A stretch of DNA of 33,341 nucleotides from a virus (IMGVR_UViG_3300022915_000005:1-33341), one strand, 5' to 3'. Shown: positions 1 through 8,718, numbered from the stretch's first letter. Notes: generated by a model from the sequence alone, not told the origin. Program-made: numbers and translations.

Positions 1-226
1 CACAACGCGACCCTAATGCCGCCGCAAACAAACCGTTTGACCCGAACCGGCGTTCTTGACCCGAACGCCTCGGTCTATGGCGTTATTCATTGCCGAGTGT
101 GCCGGCGCGTTCGACCTATGCTCGAAGCGCCGGCACCAAATAAACGTATCGCCAGAACCTACTATTGCCGAGTGTGCCGGCGACCTGGCGGCACGATCGA
201 CCGCCCGAAATATGTCAAATGCGAAA
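1..226 (+). repeat. Terminal direct repeat / circular overlap, left copy
   Basis: Matches 33116-33341 except at positions 127, 196, 197 and 201. Confidence 0.95.
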
Positions 227-300
227 CTCGACCGTTCGAGCGGCCGATTCCCCTTTGGCTATTCTCAAAGCGACTCAATTGGAAGGAACCCGAACCATGA
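16..300 (+). CDS. Putative zinc-ribbon protein (two CRVC motifs); start uncertain
   Basis: HCRVCRR...YCRVCRR; stop overlaps the next ATG (ATGA at 297-300); a competing frame 56-316 lacks motifs. Confidence 0.55.
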   Translation: MPPQTNRLTRTGVLDPNASVYGVIHCRVCRRVRPMLEAPAPNKRIARTYYCRVCRRPGGTIDRPKYVKCETRPFERPIPLWLFSKRLNWKEPEP

Positions 301-476
301 CAGAATCGACCCCTGACAATTTGACCCCTGACAATTTGACCGCCCTCGATGATCGCCAGGCGAAACGGCCTTATTCGACGCCCGTACTCACAAAATACGG
401 CACGCTCGAAGAATTGACCGGCGACGGCGGAAACGTAAACAATGACGGCATTTCAGGGTCGCGAGGCACGATCTGA
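297..476 (+). CDS. Lasso-peptide-type RiPP precursor, 59 aa (predicted core DGGNVNNDGISGSRGTI)
   Basis: RBS GGAAGGA at 281-287, ATG at 297; leader YSTPVLTKYGTLEELTG fits Y(-17)xxP(-14)xL(-12)xxxG(-8)xxxxxT(-2); Gly-rich 17-aa core with Asp at position 8. Confidence 0.75.
   Translation: MTESTPDNLTPDNLTALDDRQAKRPYSTPVLTKYGTLEELTGDGGNVNNDGISGSRGTI
308..341 (+). repeat. 15-bp in-frame tandem duplication (GACCCCTGACAATTT x2, plus GACC)
   Basis: Read directly; gives TPDNL-TPDNL in the precursor N-terminus. Confidence 0.9.
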
Positions 477-697
477 CGCCCGTCAAATGGGCGCCTTATC
501 TCGGCGGCCTCTGCGATGAGAACCATGTCGAATTGCAGTCGACCCTCGCCGCCTGTATTGTGTGCCGGCGCTATCTCTGCAAATATTGCGATCATCTCGG
601 TCTTTGTCCACAATGTGCAAAGTTAGACGACATCGTTATAAATTGCGACGACGTATTACAAAGTAATGGCAGGAAAAAAAGGCCGGTCAGGTCGTAA
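473..697 (+). CDS. B-box-like zinc-finger protein, not in the ORF track (CTG start at 473 or TTG at 533)
   Basis: Manual translation: LTPVKWAPYLGGLCDENHVELQSTLAACIVCRRYLCKYCDHLGLCPQCAKLDD...; CTG overlaps the precursor stop (CTGA); pattern CxxxH-x9-CxxC-x4-CxxC-x5-CxxC. Confidence 0.6.
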   Translation: MTPVKWAPYLGGLCDENHVELQSTLAACIVCRRYLCKYCDHLGLCPQCAKLDDIVINCDDVLQSNGRKKRPVRS

Positions 698-1088
698 AAC
701 TAAACTCACGCCAGGCGTTCGCGACTCGATCATCGAAGCTATTCGAAACGGATGTTATATCCATGTCGCCGCACGCGCCGCCGGCATAAATCCCGCGACC
801 TTTTGGGACTGGATTAAATACGGCGAACAGCAAACATCGGGCGTATATCACGATTTCTACGATCTAGTAAAAACTGCCGAGGCCGCATGCGAGGCCGAAT
901 CTATTCGCATTATTCAAAATGCCGGTCTTACCACATGGACGGCGCGCGCATGGTTCCTTGAACGAAAATATCCCGAACGTTGGGCGCGCCGCGAACGTAT
1001 TGACACGACCGTCGAACCCGAACCTAATGTCGCGACCCTATCAGATTCGGAACTCGAAACCCTCGCTTCAATTGAAAGCGAAAGCTGA
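666..1088 (+). CDS. terS: Terminase small subunit
   Basis: GRKTKLTP N-terminus, HTH (AARAAGINPATFWDW), AWFLERKYPERW motif; immediately upstream of the large terminase. Confidence 0.8.
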   Translation: MAGKKGRSGRKTKLTPGVRDSIIEAIRNGCYIHVAARAAGINPATFWDWIKYGEQQTSGVYHDFYDLVKTAEAACEAESIRIIQNAGLTTWTARAWFLERKYPERWARRERIDTTVEPEPNVATLSDSELETLASIESES

Positions 1089-2292
1089 ACTCGAACTCAG
1101 ACGGCGACGCGCCGCCGGCCTCGGCGTTCAGTTATTGCCTCATCAAATCGCGCCGCCTGGCGACTGGCATACCTGGCTATTAATGAGCGGTCGCGGCGGC
1201 GGCAAGACATTCGCGGCCGCCTATCACGTCGACCGGTACGCCTCAAAGAACCCGACTGCACGAATCGCGATCATCGCGCCGACACTCGGCGACGCCAGGA
1301 AAACATGCGTCGAGGGCGAAACAGGAATCTTGTCATTTAATCGAGGCGTCAGGTTTAACAGGTCATGGGGAGAACTCACATGGCCGAACGGCGCGAGGGC
1401 GGTCTTATTCGGCGCGCATACGCCCGACGACGCCGAACGCCTGCGAGGCGCGCAACATGACTTGGTATGGTTCGAGGAACTCGCCGCCGCCAGGCAGCTA
1501 GACGAATGCTTTGATAATATGCAATTCGGATTACGCCTCGGCGTTAATCCTCGACTCATCGTTTCGACTACGCCGAAACCTCGCAAACGACTACAGGCGA
1601 TCATTGCCGACCCTTCGACGGTCGTCACGCGCGCCGCGACTCGCGATAACCCGCACTTGCACGAATCGGTTCGCGCCAGGTTATACGATCGATATGACGG
1701 CACTCGACTTGGCCGTCAGGAATTGGCCGGCGAGATACTCGAAGATATTGCCGGCGCCTTGTGGACAAGACGAACTCTCGATGATCTGCGGGTCGTCGCC
1801 TTTCCCGACCTGGCGCGTGTTGTCGTCTCGGTCGACCCTTCGATCACGGCCGGCGGCGCCGAGTGCGGAATCACGGTTCAGGGCATCGATGACGCCGGCG
1901 TCGGTTACTTGCTCGATGACGTGTCGACTCAAGGCACGCCGGCCGAATGGAGTCGCCAGGCGGTCGCGGCATATCACCGCTTCAAGGCCGATCGACTAGT
2001 CGCCGAGACGAATCAGGGCGGCGAGATGGTTCGTCAGACGATCGCGTCGGTCGACCCGCGAGTTTCTTATCGCGGCGTTCACGCAAGTCGTGGTAAATTC
2101 ACGCGCGCCGAACCGATTTCTGCACTCTATGAGCAAGGCAAGGTTCACCATGTCGGCGTCTTTCCTGAACTTGAGGATGAACTTTGTTCATGGGTACCTG
2201 GCGACGCCTCGCCGAACCGACTCGACGCCCTTGTTCACGGGTTCACAGATTTAATGCTCTCGAAACGGGTCGTCACGATTACCGCAGTCTAA
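1027..2292 (+). CDS. terL: Terminase large subunit (start at ATG 1027 or TTG 1072)
   Basis: Walker A GRGGGKT, Walker-B-like LVWFEE, coupling motif STTP, nuclease motifs VSVDP and SPNRLDA. Confidence 0.95.
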   Translation: MSRPYQIRNSKPSLQLKAKAELELRRRRAAGLGVQLLPHQIAPPGDWHTWLLMSGRGGGKTFAAAYHVDRYASKNPTARIAIIAPTLGDARKTCVEGETGILSFNRGVRFNRSWGELTWPNGARAVLFGAHTPDDAERLRGAQHDLVWFEELAAARQLDECFDNMQFGLRLGVNPRLIVSTTPKPRKRLQAIIADPSTVVTRAATRDNPHLHESVRARLYDRYDGTRLGRQELAGEILEDIAGALWTRRTLDDLRVVAFPDLARVVVSVDPSITAGGAECGITVQGIDDAGVGYLLDDVSTQGTPAEWSRQAVAAYHRFKADRLVAETNQGGEMVRQTIASVDPRVSYRGVHASRGKFTRAEPISALYEQGKVHHVGVFPELEDELCSWVPGDASPNRLDALVHGFTDLMLSKRVVTITAV

Positions 2293-2295
2293 CGA

Positions 2296-2523
2296 ATGAA
2301 ATTCGCGCACGTCACAGATAAATTCGGAAACTCAGAGGTACATAAGGCCGGATGCAGTCACACACGGCGGCGCGTCGGGTTTAATCATTATCTCGAATTT
2401 GAGGCGCCGACTAAGGTCGAGGCAATCAAGGAACTTTGGCACGATCAAATGATCGAAACAGGCGAGGCCGTCGAAACGTTCCTCGATCGGTTCGCGCCGT
2501 GTCTCAAAGGGATTAAAGAATGA
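2296..2523 (+). CDS. Hypothetical protein
   Basis: Fills the gap after terL; ATGA-coupled to the next gene. Confidence 0.65.
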   Translation: MKFAHVTDKFGNSEVHKAGCSHTRRRVGFNHYLEFEAPTKVEAIKELWHDQMIETGEAVETFLDRFAPCLKGIKE

Positions 2524-2804
2524 GCGAACCGACGATAGATGAAATGCTGAGGTGGTTGGTAACGCAGGCGCGAACAGACGACCCGCATGTTATAGCTATT
2601 GGCGCCATTGTCGAACAGCATCGTGATTTGAAACCAATTCGTGACGGTATCAAGGCAGTGCAACGAAGCCAACTCGAAGCAATCCGCGCATTCGTGGAGC
2701 GGGTGGAGAAGCGGCCTTTAAGTGCGGCGGCAGATTTTCAGGATGGGGTCTACGATGAACTCGCCGCGATGGAACGCGAGGCCGAGGAAAGGGTCACGAC
2801 ATGA
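2520..2804 (+). CDS. Hypothetical protein (probable paralog of 29222 and 32490 products)
   Basis: ATGA overlaps on both sides; LEAIRAFVERVEK...ELAAM motif. Confidence 0.7.
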   Translation: MSEPTIDEMLRWLVTQARTDDPHVIAIGAIVEQHRDLKPIRDGIKAVQRSQLEAIRAFVERVEKRPLSAAADFQDGVYDELAAMEREAEERVTT

Positions 2805-4153
2805 ACTTATTTCAGCGATCGGTAAAGAGTCTTTATGACCTGGCGTTTCGCGATATGCCGCCGGCGACGACGGCCGGCGCGCAAGTATTCTGGCCGGACT
2901 GGCCGAGTCAGTCGAACGCCGTCGTCTTGAGCGGTCGAGGCGCGCCGTTCGAGTCGAGTCTAGTCATGGCGGCGGTCAATTGGGCGGGAACCGTATTCGC
3001 GGAACCGATCGTGCAAGTATTGAAACAGAGGGCGCCGCAGGAATGGGAACCTGTAACGAACGCGCCTTTAACTAAGCTGTGGGAATTGCCGAACCCGTAT
3101 TATTCCGGCGCGACGATGATGAAAGCAATCGCGTATTACTGGTTAACGGCCGGCAATGTCTACATCGGCAAGCGGCGCGATACTAACGGCATATGTCGCG
3201 AGTTATGGTTAATAGATTCGGCAATGGTCAAACCGGTCACTGAGAACGCCGACGAATTTATTTCTTACTATGAGGTCACGATTCGAGGCCAGGCGACGAA
3301 AGTCGATCGAGGCGACATCATTCATTTCAGATACGGCCTCGACCCGCAAGATCATCGCCTCGGCCTTTCGCCTCTGACGGCCTTGTATGCCGAGATATTC
3401 ACCGATGAGGCGGCATTCGCCTATTCAAAGAACTCATTCACGGCCGGCGGCATACCGCCTTATTTCTTATGGCCGAAACCGAACGCCGACTCGGTTTACC
3501 AAATCGATCAGGCGGCCGTTAAGGCGTCTCTGATTGCAGCAACTACGGGCGCGAACCTCGGAACGCCGGTCGTATTCTCGGCGCCGATGGACATCGGAAC
3601 GGTCGGGTTCTCGCCGGATCAAATGGCACTCAAAGATTCGCATTCGTTGCCAGAGGAACGAATTTGTGCGGTCTTAGGTATACCGGCGTTAGTCTTAGGT
3701 TTTGGATTCGATGAGCATGCGACGTATTCGAACTACAAGACGGCGTTAGAAGCTGCCTGGCAGAACTTTGTCATACCGACCTTAAAGTTATTCGCGACCG
3801 AATTGACGACTCAACTATTGCCGGAATTTGCGAACACGCGAGGCGAATGGGTTCAATTTGATACCGGCGAGATTTGGGCGTTACAGGCCGATGAGAGCGC
3901 GATCGCGAAACGCGAGGTCATGAAATTTCAGGCGGGTCTTGTGACAAGGAATGAGGCACGCGCCGAAATGGGCATGCAGGCATTAACGGAACCTGGCGGC
4001 GAAGAATTTCTAGTGACGCCGGCCTCGGCGGCGCCCTCGACCTTGACCGACACAAAAGCACTCACGACCGATCAAAACGACGAGTTAAGGCGATGGTTCA
4101 AACGATACGCGCCGGATGAGGCGGCCGGCATGTTAGACGCCGAGGTCGAATGA
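2801..4153 (+). CDS. Portal protein, HK97 family
   Basis: PNPYYSG, GNVYI, DIIHFR, GLSPL, ICAVLGIP and GLVTRNEARAEMG motifs. Confidence 0.95.
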   Translation: MNLFQRSVKSLYDLAFRDMPPATTAGAQVFWPDWPSQSNAVVLSGRGAPFESSLVMAAVNWAGTVFAEPIVQVLKQRAPQEWEPVTNAPLTKLWELPNPYYSGATMMKAIAYYWLTAGNVYIGKRRDTNGICRELWLIDSAMVKPVTENADEFISYYEVTIRGQATKVDRGDIIHFRYGLDPQDHRLGLSPLTALYAEIFTDEAAFAYSKNSFTAGGIPPYFLWPKPNADSVYQIDQAAVKASLIAATTGANLGTPVVFSAPMDIGTVGFSPDQMALKDSHSLPEERICAVLGIPALVLGFGFDEHATYSNYKTALEAAWQNFVIPTLKLFATELTTQLLPEFANTRGEWVQFDTGEIWALQADESAIAKREVMKFQAGLVTRNEARAEMGMQALTEPGGEEFLVTPASAAPSTLTDTKALTTDQNDELRRWFKRYAPDEAAGMLDAEVE

Positions 4154-4413
4154 TGACGCCTGACGTTCGAATAACGGTTCTCGCGCCTGACGCCTCGATG
4201 CCGGCCTTACGGCCTTGTGCATGCGGCGGCGAGGCGGTCGAATACGGCCTCGGCCTTATGTTCTATGTCGAGTGCGAACGCGCCGCAGTATGCGCCAGGT
4301 CGACGCGCGTTAGTTGCTCGACGCGAGTCGGCGCTATAGGTCGATGGAACCGACACTCAAAGATCATCGATACTCTAATGAACAGGAAAGGAAACTCGCA
4401 TGGCAAAACCTAA
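4150..4413 (+). CDS. Lar (restriction alleviation)-like zinc-binding protein
   Basis: LRPCACGGEA...YVECE...C...AIGRWNR resembles the Lar family pattern LKPCPFCG...C..C...AI..WN. Confidence 0.6.
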   Translation: MMTPDVRITVLAPDASMPALRPCACGGEAVEYGLGLMFYVECERAAVCARSTRVSCSTRVGAIGRWNRHSKIIDTLMNRKGNSHGKT

Positions 4414-4486
4414 AGATCGCGAAATCGATATGACGAAACCGAAAAAGACGACAAAACCTAAAACACCAAAACCGAAAAAGAAATGA
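4400..4486 (+). CDS. 28-aa Lys/Pro/Thr-rich basic peptide, not in the ORF track
   Basis: MAKPKDREIDMTKPKKTTKPKTPKPKKK; RBS AGGAAAGGA upstream; stop overlaps the methyltransferase ATG. Confidence 0.6.
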   Translation: MAKPKDREIDMTKPKKTTKPKTPKPKKK

Positions 4487-5208
4487 CGGCGCCTTATTAT
4501 CAAGACGACCTGACGACGATATATCACGGCGACTCGCGCGAACTACTTGCAAGTATGCCGAGGGTCGATCTGGTTTTGACCGACCCGCCTTATGGTATCG
4601 ACTACGACCCGTTAAGGCGTAAACATTGGTCGGCACAAACTAGCACGAAAAACGGAGAACACCGAAACGCGCGCGACTATGGCGCATTTGCATGGGACAA
4701 AGAACCGTTTGAACCGGCGCCGATACTGAACCTCGATCGACCCTCGATTATTTGGGGCGCGAATAATTTCGCCTCGCGTTTACCTGACTTTGGTTCGTGG
4801 TTATGTTGGGACAAGATCACGCGAAATGATTTGCAGATACGGCAAGCGGAATGCGAACTAGCATGGGCGAATTGCCTCGCACGGTCGCGTATATTTCGAC
4901 ATTTATGGTCAGGCGGGTATCGCGCATCAGAATCAGGCACACCGAACTATCATCCGACGCAAAAACCGATCGCCTTAATGGCATGGTGCCTCGGCCTAGT
5001 GAAGGGCGTTCGAACCGTCATCGACCCGTACATGGGAAGCGGCACGACCTTGCGCGCCGCAAAGGACGCCGGTATCAAGGCGATCGGAATCGAGATCGAC
5101 GAACGTTATTGTGAGATCGCCGCGAGTCGCATGTCTCAAGAGGTTCTAGCGTTCGAACCTGCGGCCGAGGTCATCGAACAAGGCGAACTCTATGCAATGG
5201 AAGTATGA
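4483..5208 (+). CDS. DNA N6-adenine/N4-cytosine methyltransferase, beta-class motif order
   Basis: Catalytic TDPPY precedes HPTQKP and the SAM-binding DPYMGSGTT. Confidence 0.95.
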   Translation: MTAPYYQDDLTTIYHGDSRELLASMPRVDLVLTDPPYGIDYDPLRRKHWSAQTSTKNGEHRNARDYGAFAWDKEPFEPAPILNLDRPSIIWGANNFASRLPDFGSWLCWDKITRNDLQIRQAECELAWANCLARSRIFRHLWSGGYRASESGTPNYHPTQKPIALMAWCLGLVKGVRTVIDPYMGSGTTLRAAKDAGIKAIGIEIDERYCEIAASRMSQEVLAFEPAAEVIEQGELYAMEV

Positions 5209-6022
5209 CCCGATCACCGGCAAGTATACCGACCCGAAAGGGCGCGTATTGACTGACGCCGAGGTTCGGAAGATTCAGGCCGAAACCGAGTCGAGTCATA
5301 AGGCCGAACTCATCGCCCTGGCGGTCGCCTTGTTGTTATGGCGTCGTGGGAATGAACGCTATTCGCAGGCGGCCGCGATGACGATCGATGAGATATTCGA
5401 CCTTGTGCCGGAATCGATAAGGTCGCAGGTCGTGAGGCGAGTCGGGTCATTAGGCGGTCAGCTATCGCCGCCGGCGTTCCAAATCAGGCTACAAGATGAA
5501 ATTGACAAGTCACACAAGGTCATGGCGGTCTTAGGCGCCGGCGGGTTCGCGGCGGCCTCGATCGCCACATGGAACTATGCGGCGAAACGGGTTCAGTCAG
5601 AAACGACTTATGCCGTCAGGTTCGCGGCGGCGATGAACGGCGGCACGACGCCGCCAGAGGTCGAGGGCGGCACGCCTCGCGACGCCGTGACGCCGGCGCA
5701 AGTCATCGTGAGAACCTCGCAGTATGCCGAGGCGACTTACGCGACGATGAGCGGGTCGATTCAGGTCGCCAGGCGATCGGCCGGTCACATCGAGGCGCGC
5801 CGCATACTCGACCCTGAGAGCGAACATTGCAAACCCGACCCCGATCGCGGGTTGCCTGACTGTCCTTCTCTGGCCGAGGATGCCGACGGCAATCAGTTAG
5901 ACTTCGCGCCGATCGAACAGGTCGTGCCGATCGGCGAAACGACATGCGGCGCCCGTTGCCGTTGCTGGATTAATTATCGAAGGGTTCGAGACAATGACGA
6001 ATCGGCCGTCGCCGCCGCATAA
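5192..6022 (+). CDS. Head morphogenesis / minor capsid protein (MuF/SPP1 gp7-like)
   Basis: Lies between portal and protease; EHC...DC...CGARCRC C-terminal Cys cluster. Confidence 0.65.
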   Translation: MQWKYDPITGKYTDPKGRVLTDAEVRKIQAETESSHKAELIALAVALLLWRRGNERYSQAAAMTIDEIFDLVPESIRSQVVRRVGSLGGQLSPPAFQIRLQDEIDKSHKVMAVLGAGGFAAASIATWNYAAKRVQSETTYAVRFAAAMNGGTTPPEVEGGTPRDAVTPAQVIVRTSQYAEATYATMSGSIQVARRSAGHIEARRILDPESEHCKPDPDRGLPDCPSLAEDADGNQLDFAPIEQVVPIGETTCGARCRCWINYRRVRDNDESAVAAA

Positions 6023-6179
6023 TCACATACTTTGCGACCGTTGCGGCGCCCTTGTGGCCTCGACTAACGGCCGGTTTCTAAAGACGGTCGTCGTCTTGTG
6101 CGGCGAATGCCTGACTAGAACGAAATGGTATCCCGCGCAAAGAGTAATTGACAAAAAGATTAAACCTGAGAAGATGTGA
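5994..6179 (+). CDS. Small zinc-ribbon protein
   Basis: ILCDRCG...VLCGEC. Confidence 0.55.
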   Translation: MTNRPSPPHNHILCDRCGALVASTNGRFLKTVVVLCGECLTRTKWYPAQRVIDKKIKPEKM

Positions 6180-6227
6180 TTTAACGTAAATTGGGGCGTC
6201 GAAGAAAAATTCGACACAATTTCGCGA

Positions 6228-6275
6228 ATGGCGCCGCGAATACTGCACAAGGTATTCGCGGCGCTATCTCTTTTT
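6228..6275 (+). terminator. Strong hairpin followed by a T-rich tract, upstream of the protease-capsid genes
   Basis: GCGCCGCGAATAC (6231-6243) / GTATTCGCGGCGC (6252-6264) perfect 13-bp stem, then TATCTCTTTTT. Confidence 0.65.
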
Positions 6276-6304
6276 AGCGCCGACCTCAGAAAGAAATAGC
6301 AGAA

Positions 6305-6895
6305 ATGGCGATCGACAAACGCGAGTTTGAGGCCGATTTCAAGATGTTCGAAACCGAGGGCGGGTTCGGCCGGTTTAAGGGCGTCGCGGCCGTCTTTTCT
6401 AACATCGACCGGCAAGGCGACATCATTCGACCTGGCGCCTTTGCCTTGACCCTCGGCGAATTTATCAAGAACGGGTTCCTCGCAAATGCTCACGACTGGT
6501 CAAACCCCGTCGGCACGATCGAGACGGCCGTCGAAACCGAGGCCGGCCTTGAGGTCGAGGGCGAGTTTCATTCGACGCCGGCGGCGCAGCTAGTACGCCA
6601 AGTCACGCGCGAACGCCTGGCGCGAGGCAAGTCGGTCGGAATGTCGATCGGTTTCGGCGTCACTGATTTCGAGTTTGAAGAAAAGTCAGGCGTCAGGGTC
6701 ATTAAGGCGGTCGACTTGTTCGAGGTTTCGATCGTCACGGTTCCGGCGAACCCTCGCGCACATCTGGCCGGCATCAAGGCCGCAGTCGATGAGGACAACG
6801 AAATAGTTTTCGAAGGTCGTCGCGTTGAAATGCGACGGTTAATTCTACTCAATTTGAAAGGGTCAAAAGACTATGTATTCAACGGAGATCGGTAA
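6305..6895 (+). CDS. Prohead protease, HK97 family
   Basis: IDRQGDIIRPGAF, AHDWSNPVG, MSIGF and LFEVSIVTVPANPRA motifs. Confidence 0.95.
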   Translation: MAIDKREFEADFKMFETEGGFGRFKGVAAVFSNIDRQGDIIRPGAFALTLGEFIKNGFLANAHDWSNPVGTIETAVETEAGLEVEGEFHSTPAAQLVRQVTRERLARGKSVGMSIGFGVTDFEFEEKSGVRVIKAVDLFEVSIVTVPANPRAHLAGIKAAVDEDNEIVFEGRRVEMRRLILLNLKGSKDYVFNGDR

Positions 6896-8114
6896 TCAGG
6901 TCGCCGCATTGCGCGATCAATTCGTTAAAGCGACGGCGATCGAGAAACCGACCGCCGAGGATGTCGAGACGGCAAAAAAGATGCATGACGACCTGGCGGT
7001 TCTCGAAACGAAATATAAAGAGGTTCGAGACATCGAGGCCGCCGGCGAGGCGACTAAGGGCGCGATCGAGGCCGAGAACGTCGCAAAGGTGAATGCCGAA
7101 AAGGCCGTCGGCCTTGTGCCGTTTGGCGGTCGCCTCGGCACGGACACAAAGGCGAACGCCTCGACGCCGAACGTCTTTGACGGGTTTTTGCAGTCGCCGA
7201 CCTATAAGTCGATGACAAAGGCCGGTCATCATCACGGCGTTTCTTATTCGGTCGAGGTTCCAGGCCTCATAAAGGCCGCCGGCGACCCGATCATGTCGAG
7301 TCAGTTTACGCCGATCGCGACCGACCCGTCAGGACCGCCGCTGCACTACGCGCCGCAACCCTCGGTATATGATTTGTTTCGAGTTGTGCCGATCACCGGC
7401 GCCGCCTCGGTTCGGTTTTTCCTGGCGACGATGCCGGTCGCGGTCAATGGCGTCGGCTGGGTCGCCGAGGGTCAGCCAAAGCCCGAAGTGCAGCTAAGGT
7501 GGACTCCAAAAGACGCGCCTCTCGAAGTCGTCGCAGAGTGGACGGCCGTCACGTTGCAGGCACTTGACGACGTTCCTCAGTTAAGGTCGGTTCTTTTCGA
7601 TGACCTTCGAAACCTTTTGATGTGGAAAATTAACGACGGCCTTATCAATGGAACAGGAACGCCGCCGCAAATTCTCGGCATTCTGGCGACGCCAAACATT
7701 CAGCAGCAGGCGTTCGCGACTGACGCGATCACGACAATTCTCGCGGCCGTTACAAAGGTAACGGCGTCAGGCGCCGGCTATCCAACAGGCATAGTCATGA
7801 ACCCTGCCGATTGGGCGACGGTTCGGTCGACCGTTTCGGCCGGCGTATGGGTTTTTGGGTCGCCGACCGAATCAGGCGTTCAGCGTCTTTTCGGCGTGCC
7901 GGTCGTGACGACCTCGGCAATGGGCGTCGGGTTCGCGATCGTCGGCGATTTCTCATTCGGAACTATTTTCGAACGTTGGGGTGTGACGTTTATCGTCGGC
8001 CTCAAGAATGACGACCTCATTCGCAATATTCAAACGATCGTCTGCGAGGCGCGTCTCGCCCTGGCGATACGCCGGCCGAGTGCGTTCGTTAATGCCGACC
8101 TGACGGCGCTATAA
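6873..8114 (+). CDS. Major capsid protein, HK97 fold
   Basis: Coiled-coil N-terminal delta-like region, WVAEGQPKP, INGTG, MNPADW, RLFGVPVV, GDFS, RPSAFV. Confidence 0.95.
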   Translation: MYSTEIGNQVAALRDQFVKATAIEKPTAEDVETAKKMHDDLAVLETKYKEVRDIEAAGEATKGAIEAENVAKVNAEKAVGLVPFGGRLGTDTKANASTPNVFDGFLQSPTYKSMTKAGHHHGVSYSVEVPGLIKAAGDPIMSSQFTPIATDPSGPPLHYAPQPSVYDLFRVVPITGAASVRFFLATMPVAVNGVGWVAEGQPKPEVQLRWTPKDAPLEVVAEWTAVTLQALDDVPQLRSVLFDDLRNLLMWKINDGLINGTGTPPQILGILATPNIQQQAFATDAITTILAAVTKVTASGAGYPTGIVMNPADWATVRSTVSAGVWVFGSPTESGVQRLFGVPVVTTSAMGVGFAIVGDFSFGTIFERWGVTFIVGLKNDDLIRNIQTIVCEARLALAIRRPSAFVNADLTAL

Positions 8115-8116
8115 AC

Positions 8117-8353
8117 ATGCGGCGCATTGCAGACGAAACATGGTATTTGACGCGCGTCGGCACAAGGGTTCGCCAGAAGAACCGACGCGCGGCAACCCTA
8201 CTTGTCAGGGCAGGTTCAGAGTTTGACGACGACGAATTAAAGAAATTTCCGCTCGACCCGTCAGAACGCGAAGTTAAGGCGATCGAGGCGCCGCCGGAGA
8301 ATAAGGCGGTCGAGGAACCGACCGAGAATAAGGCCGGCAAAAAGAAACGATGA
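8117..8353 (+). CDS. Hypothetical protein downstream of the capsid gene
   Basis: Tight gene packing; repeated ENKA motif. Confidence 0.7.
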   Translation: MRRIADETWYLTRVGTRVRQKNRRAATLLVRAGSEFDDDELKKFPLDPSEREVKAIEAPPENKAVEEPTENKAGKKKR

Positions 8354-8649
8354 CGACGACCGAGGCAAAGGCATATATCGAGTTATACGGCGCGACCTCG
8401 ACGCCGCCGGAAATCTCATCTAGTGAAATAAATCAGCTAATCACGGCGTGCCTCGATGAGAACGGCGAGGTTCCTGACGACATGATCGACTCATGTGTCG
8501 CCGACGTATGGCTCATCAAAACGGGTCGAGTGACCGATCACCATGACGTGACGGTCAATGGCCGAACGTTTCAGGCGTCGCAGGTCAAGGCGCACTGTGA
8601 GGAACGCGAACGGTTTTTCAGGCGACGATTACCGGTTCGCGTTTCTTGA
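8350..8649 (+). CDS. Putative head-tail connector (adaptor)
   Basis: ~100 aa, helical, starts TTTEAKAYI; position after the capsid gene. Confidence 0.55.
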   Translation: MTTTEAKAYIELYGATSTPPEISSSEINQLITACLDENGEVPDDMIDSCVADVWLIKTGRVTDHHDVTVNGRTFQASQVKAHCEERERFFRRRLPVRVS

Positions 8650-8691
8650 TTTTTCTGTGAGTGTGTCATCGGTTTCGTTCCTTTCATTTGA

Positions 8692-8718
8692 GGCCGGCGA
8701 CCGTGCCGGCCGCATTTT
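8692..8718 (+). terminator. Possible intrinsic terminator
   Basis: GGCCGGC-gaccgt-GCCGGCC followed by GCATTTT. Confidence 0.45.

Noticed and set aside
90-182. 18-bp repeat TTGCCGAGTGTGCCGGCG as a regulatory or att site
   Set aside because: Explained by the duplicated CRVCRR coding motif; no integrase present
1-226. Diversity-generating retroelement TR/VR pair (terminal repeat copies)
   Set aside because: Mismatches are not adenine-specific and there is no reverse transcriptase
165-296. N-terminal extension of the precursor ORF from 165, as in the track
   Set aside because: The RBS and ATGA coupling support a start at 297
919-1026. Terminase large subunit start at 919
   Set aside because: It would overlap terS by 170 bp with non-terminase-like sequence
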